A stretch of 64,000 bases of DNA. Source: Vulcanimicrobiota bacterium (lineage in GTDB: Bacteria; Vulcanimicrobiota; Xenobia; Xenobiales; JADMJV01). Made by a program: the position numbers and the translations under genes. Position 1 is the stretch's first letter, and each line of letters opens with the position of its first letter. The DNA is taken from positions 96,001 through 160,000 of the forward strand of contig JBFWNU010000003.1 in NCBI GenBank assembly GCA_050250895.1, written 5' to 3'. The notes beneath the pieces are model-generated. The model was not told the DNA's origin and did not search any database. It was given only the letters and a program-made list of their open reading frames with translations. This document shows positions 55,044 to 64,000 of the stretch, piece after piece.

Positions 55044-56970
55044 GGCATGTACCTGGTTCCCTCAAAGAGAATGTTCGGGTGCGACTCTATGATTTGCCCC
55101 CTCATACCCTCGAAGTTGCCTTTAAAGAGATCCTTGCGAAAGGCTTCCTGAGCTTCGCGCATCTTGTCTAGCTCTGGAGGGTACAACATTCCGAAGAGAC
55201 TAGAAAGGGTTTCTGCAAAAACCTCCGAGTTAAGTTGGTCATCGGAGTTTTTCCGGCTTGCTCCATAAAAAGTCCACCAAACGTAGTGACCGCACTCGTG
55301 AACCAAGGTATTTAACTCAACTAGCCGAAATGGTCGGGGCTGCTTTTCTATGAAGATGTCCACAGACCCGTCTTCATTCAACCTTGCCGCTCCGTATTTC
55401 CCACCCATGCGTTCAATGTCATTGCCCTTCACGTAATTGATTTTTGGAGGCGGCACCAGAGCTTGGGCTAGGCCCAGATAGAGCGAGTCCGCTCCTTGTT
55501 CCAGAGAGCCGAACCAAGATTCCAAGCCACTCGGGTCGACCTTGCCAATCGGATTCCCGCCAACATACCCATACAGGTTCAAGCCACCCGCAAACCCGAT
55601 CGGGTCGCGACTCAAGAACCTGGCGGTGGCGGGGTCATAATGGCGCTGGCGCATGTAGAGCAAGCCGGTATCGGCGGTGTCGTCGTGGACGCCCAGGCCA
55701 CCCACGTAGGTCTTCGGACTCACCACCGAGCCCGAGTAGGCGATCTGCTGGCCGAACTCGTCGTATTCATAATAGGCCAACTGACTGCCATCGGCGCCGT
55801 CCACGACCACCCGCACCGATGAGAGCCCATCGGTTAGGAAGAAGCGGAAGTCGCCACCGCGGTCAAAGCCCAGGAGTTGGTGACCCATGAAGTAGCTGAT
55901 CTCCACCGGTGAACCGGCGCTCGGCGTCTCGACCTCGCTCACGGTTGGCAAGCCAGAGAAGTGGCTACGGGTCTCGGTACCGTCGGCAGCAGTCTTGAGC
56001 TTGCGCAAGCCGCCAGTATCGTAGTGTTGGACGACGGTCTCGTCGGCAGGTTGTTTCTCGACCGCAACCAAACGGTCGAAAGTATCCCACGAGAAAGTGT
56101 TGGTGTTGGTGCCGTCGTCCGACTCGATCATGTCCCCATCATCGTCGTAGGCAAAGGTCTCCACCGATGTCGTGAAATCTCCTTCGTCCCGAGACTGGAA
56201 GGTCCCGGAGAAGATCTCCTGGAGTTGATTCGCGTCGTCATAGTCGTAAAGGTAGCTCACGCTAGCTCCGTGGTCGTCCATGAACTTGCGGTTGTCGGAC
56301 TCATCGTATTGATAAGTTCGCTGCGCCGACGGAGTAGCCCCCCCCTACACCTCGCTTGACTTCCGTCAATCGATTCAGGAAGTCGTAGGAGTATTCCCAG
56401 CGGATGTCCTGGGCCGGCGTTCCGCTTTTCTCATCCATGGAGACGCGGTTGCTCGAAGCGAAGAATCTCGGTGCCGTCCTTCTCGTAACGCAGACACGTC
56501 AATTGGCCGTTTTGGTTCCAGCCAGGGCCGGGTGTCATCGCGCCGTCGTCAAACTTGGCCACGATTTCGCTATCGGTAGGGTAGACGATCTCGGCGAGGC
56601 GCCCGGCCGCGTCGTAGGAGTAGACGAATTCGCCCACATCAGAGCTATCGCGCTCGATGATGACCTTCGAGTGGAGGCCGTCATTCTGGTATTCGTAACG
56701 GGTCGCGTTGCCGTTCGGGTCGACCATCCTCAGCAGCTCGCTCTCTCGAGAGTAGCTGTAGTCGATGGTCTTGCCATCGCCAAAGGTCACGCGGGTGATG
56801 CGGTCCAGCGAGTCGTACTCGTAGCGTCTTCGGCTACCGTGCCGTGCCCAGCTGACCTCAGGCCATTCGTTGAGCAACTCTTCAAAGTCAAATTGATCTC
56901 TGGCAACAGACGCGAGTTCTCCACAGCTATGCTCGACGATCCTCCTGAAGGCCCTAAGCTCGTTTTCCAT
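55040..56970 (-). pseudogene. Truncated, frameshifted Rhs/YD-repeat toxin gene with HExxH metallopeptidase C-terminal domain (413-aa C-terminal ORF 55040..56281 intact)
   Basis: YD repeats; LLYMRQRHYDP..ARFLSRDPIG...NLYGYVGGNP...DPSGL core end; HECGH...E in the tip; frame breaks near 56450 and at the C8 tract 56338-56345. Confidence 0.85.
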
Positions 56971-57062
56971 CCTCAGCCCTCGCTCGGCCGATGTTGCTCC
57001 AGCCCCACTCGGCCGAATCCCCGCGAAGCGGCTCCTTCTCCCGCCGACGCAGTCGGCGCTCC

Positions 57063-57132
57063 CTACCGACTACCGTCTACCGACTACCAACTACCGTCTA
57101 CCGTCTACCGTCTACCGACTACCGACTGCCGT
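57063..57132. repeat. Heptamer microsatellite (CTACCGW) x10
   Basis: Ten consecutive 7-bp units, two of them with single substitutions. Confidence 0.95.
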
Positions 57133-58752
57133 CTCAGCGGCCGGCGGCGAGTGGGCGAAGTCGATCATCGCGTCTTTGACCTCGGGGTTGAACATAATAC
57201 CGACATGGCCGCCGCGCTCGTAGACGTGGAGGGCTTCGTTGGGCCCCTGCTGGCCTTCGAGCTGACGATAGGTCTCGACGTTCTCGGGCAAGAGGATGTA
57301 GTCGTCCTGCGAGACGATGGTCATCACCGGAGTGTCGTCGATGACCTCGAGGGCGCGGCTGTAGCTATACTCTGAACTCATCTGCTGAGGAGTCATCTGG
57401 TGCTGGCGCAGCCAGGCGTCCTGCGACATCCAGACGTCCGAGAACTGGTCGTAGTCGAGTTGGTGTAGTGCTCGATAGTGCTCGCGCATGATCTGGTTGC
57501 GCTCTTCGCCGCGGGCCCAGCGATTCTCGGGGCGATGGGCGGGCAAGAGGTCGTGGTCGAACTGCCGGTCGACCCGGTCGATCATGTCCTCCATGCCATC
57601 CCGCGAGCCGTAGCGGTCGGCGATCTTGATGTCGGTGGTGTTCTGGTGGCGTGAAGCGAGCTCGCTCTCCATGAAGCGCTCATAGCCATACTCGCGCACC
57701 TGGTTGCGGTATTTCAGGCCGGTGAAGATGATCGAGCCTTCGACGCTCGGTCCCTCATAGTGCTGGCGCAGACCGTCGAGGGCGTGCATCGAGTCGTAGA
57801 GGTTCTCGGGCGGGCTCAGGGCCACCAGCGAGCCGGTGAACAAGCGCGGCTGGCCGGCGTCGGCCAGCTCTTCGTCATAGCGCACAGCGTTGGCGCCGAG
57901 CAGCGCGCCGTAAGAGTAGCCGGCCACGGATACTTGACCAAAATAATCGGGATACCGTTCTTTGAGTTGAGAAACGATATCGCGCACCGCCCGTGCTTCC
58001 AGGCCCGGGTTGCCGGGATGGAAGAACGGGTCCTCAGTCATGGCGTCTTTGCTGAGAGCGTTGGGAATGGCCACATAGTTCATGCCGCGCTCGAGCGCCA
58101 TGCGCTTGAAAGCCACCGTCAGCGAACCGCCGGGATCGCCGTAGATGCCGGGCAAGATGACCAGCATGGGCGCGTTGGGGCCGTTCTGCAGACCCATGCG
58201 GATGTCGAAGCGATCGTCATACTGGTCTAAAACGCGTAGTTTGATCTTCATCTCGTCGCGCACGCCGCCGCCGCGACCGGCGTCGATGCTGTTAGCGATC
58301 GAGGCCACGTAGGGATCGATGTCGTGAAAGGTGAGGTTGTTCATACGGTCACGGGTCTCGCTGATGGTGACCGGGGCCAGGCCGTCAGCGTGCAGACCGG
58401 GCACGATAGGCCGGGTTTCGCCGGTGCCGGGCAGAGAGAGGCGCTGCCACTGCTCGCTGGTGGGATCGCCCTGCCACTCGAGCACCTCGGATTGGCTGAA
58501 TTCTGGGGGAGGCGCGGGTGGGGTGGCGGCCGAGATCAGCCCGCCGATGACGCCGATGGCTCCCAGGCCGATCAGCGACCACTTCTGCCATGGCTTGAGG
58601 TGGATGCCCTGGGGAGTCTGAGCCGCCTGATCGAGCTGGACTTGATCGGTGGGCAACGCCGCTGGCGCCGGTCCGCTCTGAGGAGCAGACTTGGGGGGAG
58701 CGCTGCGGGCGCTGAGAAGACCAGTCTGTTTTGGCGCGTCATAGACAAGCAT
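57112..58752 (-). CDS. Alpha/beta hydrolase with Pro/Ala-rich leader and TM segment
   Basis: ILPG oxyanion region, GYSYG nucleophile elbow, QDD acid and GGHVG His. Confidence 0.8.
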   Translation of the reverse strand: MLVYDAPKQTGLLSARSAPPKSAPQSGPAPAALPTDQVQLDQAAQTPQGIHLKPWQKWSLIGLGAIGVIGGLISAATPPAPPPEFSQSEVLEWQGDPTSEQWQRLSLPGTGETRPIVPGLHADGLAPVTISETRDRMNNLTFHDIDPYVASIANSIDAGRGGGVRDEMKIKLRVLDQYDDRFDIRMGLQNGPNAPMLVILPGIYGDPGGSLTVAFKRMALERGMNYVAIPNALSKDAMTEDPFFHPGNPGLEARAVRDIVSQLKERYPDYFGQVSVAGYSYGALLGANAVRYDEELADAGQPRLFTGSLVALSPPENLYDSMHALDGLRQHYEGPSVEGSIIFTGLKYRNQVREYGYERFMESELASRHQNTTDIKIADRYGSRDGMEDMIDRVDRQFDHDLLPAHRPENRWARGEERNQIMREHYRALHQLDYDQFSDVWMSQDAWLRQHQMTPQQMSSEYSYSRALEVIDDTPVMTIVSQDDYILLPENVETYRQLEGQQGPNEALHVYERGGHVGIMFNPEVKDAMIDFAHSPPAAETAVGSR

Positions 58753-58801
58753 AGAGACCCTCCGGCCCCAAGCCTAACGCGTCGAAGGCGGCAGGTTTAG
58801 A

Positions 58802-59998
58802 TCAGGAAGTTAACATTCCGACCGGTTGCAGAGCCCGCCGGGGCTGGGCCCGTTTCCAGCAGGAGTAGAGCACCTCGGCCGGTTGCTCGAAGCGAGTCAG
58901 CAAGATCATGGCCGCCACCACGAAGGGCTTGTGGCCGGCCTCGCGATACGTGTCCAGGCGAAAGCGCTCGAAGACCGAGGCGGCCACCTCGCCGGCCGGG
59001 CAGCTGACCCCGCTGATGTCGGCCGGAAGGCAGTGGCAGTAGAGGGCGTCGTTGGTGGTGGCCATGAGCTTCTCGGTGCACTCCCAGTCTCGGTGGCGGG
59101 CGTTTTGGGCCAGGGCCTCTCGCTCGAGTTCGGCCAGCTGGTTGGATTGGCCGGCCCGCAACAGTTCGGTGCGGCGTTCCATGACCTGGCGGGGAGCCCA
59201 GCTTTTGGGATAGACGAGGTCGGCTCCGGCGAAGGCTTCTTGCATCGAGTGGGTGATGGTGAACGAGCCACCGCTGGCGGCGGCAAAGCGAGTAGCGGCC
59301 TCGAGCGGTTCGTCGACCAGTTGGTAGCCCTCGGGATAGGCCAGGCTCACCTCCATGCCAAAGCGCGTCATGAGAGCCACGATGCCCTGGGGCACCGACA
59401 AAGGCTTGCCGTAGCTGGGCGAGTAGGCCCAGGTCATGGCCAGCTTTTTACCCCGTAGGGCCTCGAGGCTGCCGAAGTGTTCCACCAGGTGACCCAGGTC
59501 GGCCAGGGCCTGGGTGGGGTGGTCGAGGTCGCACTGCAGATTGAGCACCGACGGTCGCTGCATCAACACGCCCTGCTCGAAGCTCTCCTGGATCGAGGCG
59601 GCCGTCTCGACCATCGAGGCGTGCCCGTGGCCCAAAAACATGTCGTCGCGAATGCCCACCGTCTCGGTGAGAAAGCTCAGCATGGCTGCCGTCTCGCGGA
59701 CCGTCTCGCCGTGGGCCAGCTGCGAGGTTTCTTCGCTGAGTTCTTCGGTGGAAAGTCCCAGCAGGTTGCAGCCCGACTTGAAGGCGTAGCGGGTTCGCGT
59801 TGATTTGTCGCGGAAGATGCTGTAGCCCATTCCGCTCTCGAACAGGCGCAGCGAGATGCCGCGCCGGGCGATCTCGCGCAGGGCCTGGGCGGCCAGCAGG
59901 GTGCTGCGGATGGCCCGCTCGTCGAGTTCCCAACTGAGCAAAAAATCTCGGTTGTAAAGCGGGCTCGGGCCGAGTTGGTCGAGTAGGGTCGGAATCAT
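58802..59998 (-). CDS. ygeW: Knotted carbamoyltransferase YgeW
   Basis: FRDKSTRTR, HGETVRETA, NLQCDLDHPTQ, WAYSPSYGKPLSVPQG and HCLPADI motifs; start reassigned to ATG 59998 (GGAGG RBS). Confidence 0.93.
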   Translation of the reverse strand: MIPTLLDQLGPSPLYNRDFLLSWELDERAIRSTLLAAQALREIARRGISLRLFESGMGYSIFRDKSTRTRYAFKSGCNLLGLSTEELSEETSQLAHGETVRETAAMLSFLTETVGIRDDMFLGHGHASMVETAASIQESFEQGVLMQRPSVLNLQCDLDHPTQALADLGHLVEHFGSLEALRGKKLAMTWAYSPSYGKPLSVPQGIVALMTRFGMEVSLAYPEGYQLVDEPLEAATRFAAASGGSFTITHSMQEAFAGADLVYPKSWAPRQVMERRTELLRAGQSNQLAELEREALAQNARHRDWECTEKLMATTNDALYCHCLPADISGVSCPAGEVAASVFERFRLDTYREAGHKPFVVAAMILLTRFEQPAEVLYSCWKRAQPRRALQPVGMLTS

Positions 59999-61224
59999 AG
60001 AGCCTCCTGTTTTGTTTCGAGGTAGAGGGTGGGGAAGGCGGCGTAGAAGCGGGCCGCGGCCGTCAGGTGCGCGATGGGGCACTGGTCTTCGGTCGAGTGG
60101 GCGTGGATTTCGTTGGCCGGGCCAAAACCCACGGTGGGAATGGAGAACATGCCGCAGGTGGCCACGCCGTTGGTCGAAAATCCCCACTTGTCGATGCGGG
60201 GCGCCTCTCCCAGAGCTTGTTCGGCCGCTTTGGCGGCCGCTTGCACCACCGGCTCGTCTTCGTCGAGGACCCAGGTCGGGTAGTATTTGGTGGTGGGGTA
60301 GGTGAGGCCGGTGTAGGCCTGCCGGGCATACTCGAGCAGGCGCACCTGGCCCTTAGCCGCTTTGACACTGGCGAGGTTGCGCAGCTGGTCCATGGCCGTC
60401 TGCTGGGTCTCGCCCCGGGTCAGGCGCCGGTCGACGTGGATGGTACAGCTGTCGGCCACCGCGCACAACGAGGGCGAGGTGGAGCGGATCTGCGAGATGG
60501 TCATCGAGCCTTTGCCCAGGAAAGGGTCGGCGCTGTCGGCCAGTTCGCGATTGAGGCGCTCGATGTCGGCGATGATGGGAGCCATGGCATAGATGGCGTT
60601 CTCGCCGAGTTCGGGCATCGAGCCGTGAGCCGAGCGGCCTTTGACTTCGATCTCCATCTCCATACGGCCGCGATGACCGCGATAGACTCCCAGGTTGGTG
60701 GGCTCGGTGATGACCACCACCTCGGGCTGCAGCACCTTTTCGTGCAGGATATACTGCCAGCACAGGCCGTCACAATCTTCCTCCATTACGGTGCCGGTGA
60801 TCCAGAGCTGGTAGTCGCCCGACAGGTCGAGGTCTTTGATGATGCGAGCGCCATAGACCATGGCCGCCATGGCGCCTTCCATGTCCGAGGCGCCGCGGCC
60901 GAAGATGATGCCGTCCTTGACCTCGCCCTGATAGGGGTCGCGGGTCCAGGCGCTGGGGTCGCCCACCCCTACCGTGTCGAGATGGGCGTCCATGGCGATG
61001 ACGGTCTTGCCGTTGCCGATGCGTCCCAGGATGTTGCCCAGGCCGTCGATCTTGATCTCGTCAAAACCGACTTTCTCCATCTCCTGGCGAACCCGCTCGA
61101 CCACCGCTTTTTCTTCGGTGCTCTCGGAAGGGATGGCGATCATGTCGCGCAAGAACGCGACCATTTCGGGGGTGTAGCGGTCGGCCAATTCCGCGATCTG
61201 CTCGGCCTGATTGGTGGTCAGCAT
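59995..61224 (-). CDS. ygeY: YgeY family M20 hydrolase
   Basis: DAHLDTV, GRGASD, TVMEEDCDG, GHRGRME and FSTNGV motifs; adjacent to ygeW. Confidence 0.92.
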   Translation of the reverse strand: MLTTNQAEQIAELADRYTPEMVAFLRDMIAIPSESTEEKAVVERVRQEMEKVGFDEIKIDGLGNILGRIGNGKTVIAMDAHLDTVGVGDPSAWTRDPYQGEVKDGIIFGRGASDMEGAMAAMVYGARIIKDLDLSGDYQLWITGTVMEEDCDGLCWQYILHEKVLQPEVVVITEPTNLGVYRGHRGRMEMEIEVKGRSAHGSMPELGENAIYAMAPIIADIERLNRELADSADPFLGKGSMTISQIRSTSPSLCAVADSCTIHVDRRLTRGETQQTAMDQLRNLASVKAAKGQVRLLEYARQAYTGLTYPTTKYYPTWVLDEDEPVVQAAAKAAEQALGEAPRIDKWGFSTNGVATCGMFSIPTVGFGPANEIHAHSTEDQCPIAHLTAAARFYAAFPTLYLETKQEAL

Positions 61225-63149
61225 GGAGCCTCCTCAAGACAATTGATGTAGTTGACCGTGTCGGTTGCGAACACGGCCTGATGCAAGCGAAGCATCAGGT
61301 GATAGTAGGTCAGGTCGATGACGCCCTCGGCCCGGCCGGTGACGGTGGCGGCCGGGTTGTCGGGGTCGAAGCTGACCTCGAAGGTGGGACCGGCGTAAGT
61401 GGGCGGATGGCCCAGGGCCAGGCGATACTCCCGGCCCTCGAAACGGGCCCAGACGGTGGTCGTCGTCAGATAGAACCCGTCGTGATCGGTGAAGCGCTCG
61501 AAGCTTTCCAGACTGCCGAAAAAGCGCGGCTTGATGGCGTACGGACCGCCGTCTTCAGGGCAGAAGATGTCGCAGTTGCCGCACTCGTTGCAAAAATCGG
61601 CGAAGTTGGCTAACTGGTGTTTTTGCTCGACAGGAATCGGCATCTGCTCAGTCAGCTTCCAGCCGCTGCCGTGCCGTTCGAGCAGCTGGCGGGGCACGGG
61701 TTGGCGGGGCAAGACGAAGGTGAAATTGGCGTCGTTGGGACAGACCGGGATGCACTTGTCGCAGGTCAGGCAGTCAAACAGCACCAGCCGGCTGCCGACC
61801 TTTTTGGGTGGCTTGGAGTTGGCGCTGTGGTGATAGCTGGGATCGGCCAGCAGTTGCTCGAGGTAGTGCTCGGTGTTGCGTAGGGCCGTTTGGGCAACCC
61901 ACTCTGGATAGGCCAGGGGAGACTCCGCTTCGGCCAGACCGTAGCTACGCAGGATGAATTCGTCGATGTTGCCGGCCCCGACTTTTTGCATGCGCGACTT
62001 GAGTTCGAGGTGATAGCCCTGGGCCCGTCCGTAGCCGCCGGGCCCGAGCAGGTCGCTGCAGACGGTCACCGGGGTCAAGCCTAGAGCGACCGCATCGGGA
62101 TAGTTCTTGCGTCCGATGCCGGCCGCAAACGAGATGGGCAGACGCTGACCGAAGTGGCGCCGCCAGTCGCGCACCAGGCACATGGCCAGCACGTGCAGGG
62201 GGCGCCCCGAGAGGTACATCTCCTTTTCGGTGGCGGGAAAGAAGTCGCGCTGGTTGTTTACGATGAGGGTGTTAGAGAACTTGACTCCAAAGCTCAGGCC
62301 AAGTTGGTGGGCCCTCTCCGAGAGGCGTTCTGAGAAGGCCACGGCCTGGTCCCAGCGGGTGTCCTTTTGGAAGGCCGACTCGGGCACCGTCGCCTCGTAA
62401 CCCAGCTGGTCGTTGAGCAGGCGCTTGACCTCGGCCTGGCCCAGCAGGGTGGGGTTGAGCTTGACCACGCAGTGCAGGCCGTGGTGCTGCATGAGAAACT
62501 CGAGGATGCGCTCGATCTCGTCGGGGGGGCAGCCGTGAAAGGTGGAGAGGGTGAGGGTGCGCGAGAGTTGGCGAGGAAAATCCAGATCGCGATAGGCCTT
62601 GGGCAGTTGGGGCCGCAGGCGGTCGATAACCGGGCCGGCGTCTTTCATACCGGTTAGGAAAGCCTCCACCCGAGGGTTCTGGATGCCGGCCAGATCATAG
62701 CCCACGCTCATGTCGTAGATGACCTCGTTGCGAACGTCGAGATGGGCTTTGAGCACCTCGATGAGCATGGCAGCCTTGACGTATTCTTCCAGCGACTGCT
62801 CGAGTTTGAGTTCTTGCGACCATTCCACGTTGTAGCCGACCGTCTGCATGTCGATGCAAGGACGGGGGATCTTCAGTTCGTCGAGCACCTGGACGGTCTT
62901 TAGTTCCATGATGCGCCCGCCGGCCAGCCAGCTGAGCACGATGTTCTGGGCCAGTTGGGAATGGGGTCCGGCGGCCGGTCCGAAGGGAGTCGAGGCGGGC
63001 TGGCCGTGGAAGCGAACCGAGAAGTCGACCTCGGGGTCGCCCAGGAAGAACTTGCGCCGGGGCAGATCGAAGATCGAGTCGCGGCTTTCGAGTTCGCGCA
63101 GCATGCGCCGGGTCAGGGCAGCGAGGGGATAGGGACAAAGTTCAGCCAT
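61218..63149 (-). CDS. YgfK-like Fe-S oxidoreductase (short form)
   Basis: GPAAGPHSQLAQNI, ELKTVQ, TLSTFHGCPPDEIE and KLNPTLLG motifs; CxxCxxCxxxCP ferredoxin motifs; no central Rossmann FAD domain. Confidence 0.85.
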   Translation of the reverse strand: MAELCPYPLAALTRRMLRELESRDSIFDLPRRKFFLGDPEVDFSVRFHGQPASTPFGPAAGPHSQLAQNIVLSWLAGGRIMELKTVQVLDELKIPRPCIDMQTVGYNVEWSQELKLEQSLEEYVKAAMLIEVLKAHLDVRNEVIYDMSVGYDLAGIQNPRVEAFLTGMKDAGPVIDRLRPQLPKAYRDLDFPRQLSRTLTLSTFHGCPPDEIERILEFLMQHHGLHCVVKLNPTLLGQAEVKRLLNDQLGYEATVPESAFQKDTRWDQAVAFSERLSERAHQLGLSFGVKFSNTLIVNNQRDFFPATEKEMYLSGRPLHVLAMCLVRDWRRHFGQRLPISFAAGIGRKNYPDAVALGLTPVTVCSDLLGPGGYGRAQGYHLELKSRMQKVGAGNIDEFILRSYGLAEAESPLAYPEWVAQTALRNTEHYLEQLLADPSYHHSANSKPPKKVGSRLVLFDCLTCDKCIPVCPNDANFTFVLPRQPVPRQLLERHGSGWKLTEQMPIPVEQKHQLANFADFCNECGNCDIFCPEDGGPYAIKPRFFGSLESFERFTDHDGFYLTTTTVWARFEGREYRLALGHPPTYAGPTFEVSFDPDNPAATVTGRAEGVIDLTYYHLMLRLHQAVFATDTVNYINCLEEAPC

Positions 63150-63999
63150 GGGACCTCCTGAGGCCGGTGAACAACACCAGCGAGCGCCCTTGGGGGCGCA
63201 CCTGCAGCAGCCCGGCCAGGCCGGCCGTTCCGGTGTTGCTCACCGCGATATCGGTGGTTTGTCGGGCCAACCAGTTGGCCTCGTTCAAAAGCTCTTCCGA
63301 GGCCGCCAGCGGCCTGCCGCCGCTTTCTTTCATGGCCTTGACCAGTTCGAACCAGTCGTAGGTCTCGTCGTCGAGAATGCCGCTGGCCACACTGTGCGGC
63401 GGAGTGGGCCAGGGTCGCATGTAGCGCGAGCGGTGGGCGGCCACCTCAGACCAGGGAGCGTCCAGACGGTTCCAGGCGGCCAGCAGCGGCGAGGCCTCGG
63501 TCTGAACGGCATAAAGGGTGGGAACGCGCTTCACGGCGCCCAGGCGCAGGCCGTCGGAGTAGGCCTGCACGAACGAGCTGGCCAGCGCTCCCCCGCCCAC
63601 CTGGATGAAGACCTGGTCGAAGACCTCGCCCTGACGCAGCAGCTCGTAAGCCAGCGTCTGGCCGCCCTCGATGGTCAGGCCGTTTTCGGGACCCTGGCAG
63701 CCGAAGGGCAGGGCCCCTCCCGCCAGCGCCTGGCGAAAGCGCAAAAGGCAGGGGTCGCCGTGCTCCTCCGGATGGCGCGGACAAAGGGCCAGCTCGGCTC
63801 CCAACTGGCGGAGTCGCTCGACCACCAGCGGGTTGGCCTCGAGCGGGATGAACACCTTGAGGGGATACTCGGCCGCGGCCGCCACCACCGCTGCGGCCAG
63901 GGCGGCGTTGCCGCAGCTGGCGATGGCCAGTCGGGGGCGGGGGCCGGTCTGGCCGCGCAGGCGGCGGACCACCTCGAGGTAGAGGATGATCCCGAACAG
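63142..63999 (-). CDS. PLP-dependent threonine synthase-like (fold type II) enzyme, 5' end outside the window
   Basis: ASCGNAA, EGGQTLAYE and QVGGGAL motifs; frame stays open to the window edge. Confidence 0.85.
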   Translation of the reverse strand: MFGIILYLEVVRRLRGQTGPRPRLAIASCGNAALAAAVVAAAAEYPLKVFIPLEANPLVVERLRQLGAELALCPRHPEEHGDPCLLRFRQALAGGALPFGCQGPENGLTIEGGQTLAYELLRQGEVFDQVFIQVGGGALASSFVQAYSDGLRLGAVKRVPTLYAVQTEASPLLAAWNRLDAPWSEVAAHRSRYMRPWPTPPHSVASGILDDETYDWFELVKAMKESGGRPLAASEELLNEANWLARQTTDIAVSNTGTAGLAGLLQVRPQGRSLVLFTGLRRSHG

Positions 64000-64000
64000 A

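Noticed and set aside
1-64000. Very frequent CTCGAG/TCGA as a HIP1-like genomic repeat
   Set aside because: Largely explicable by Leu-Glu codon pairs (CTC GAG); needs a codon-aware count that I cannot run.

Overview
High-GC bacterial chromosomal window with about 55 genes. I recognised no rRNA, tRNA or CRISPR array. The gene style suggests Ca. Eremiobacterota/Vulcanimicrobiota, but that is an unverified inference. Recognisable genes: htpG, pepT, lgt, chrA, enoyl-CoA hydratase, a type IIC P-type ATPase, a MocR regulator, a PilZ / cNMP-PilB-like / macro-NDT operon facing a REC-GGDEF gene, a decayed Rhs toxin locus containing an HNH gene, and the ygeW-ygeY-ygfK cluster. The main observation is a dispersed set of eight proteins without Sec signals, unrelated apart from two paralogous pairs. 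They are two PQQ-type propellers, two 1400-aa repeat proteins, two membrane proteins and two unknowns. All eight end in the same ungapped 15-residue motif, h-x4-[DE]-x-h-x-[IV]-G-[GDE]-h-x-h (h = hydrophobic; one copy has NA in place of G-[GDE]), and all start M-[RKQN]-[IV]. Seven of the eight are preceded by the same unusual promoter-like element, TTT[CG]A[GC]-N10-TAnnnT, usually 6-7 bp before the start codon. This looks like a co-regulated substrate set for an uncharacterised export or targeting system. The function is inference; the motifs are directly visible in the sequence.
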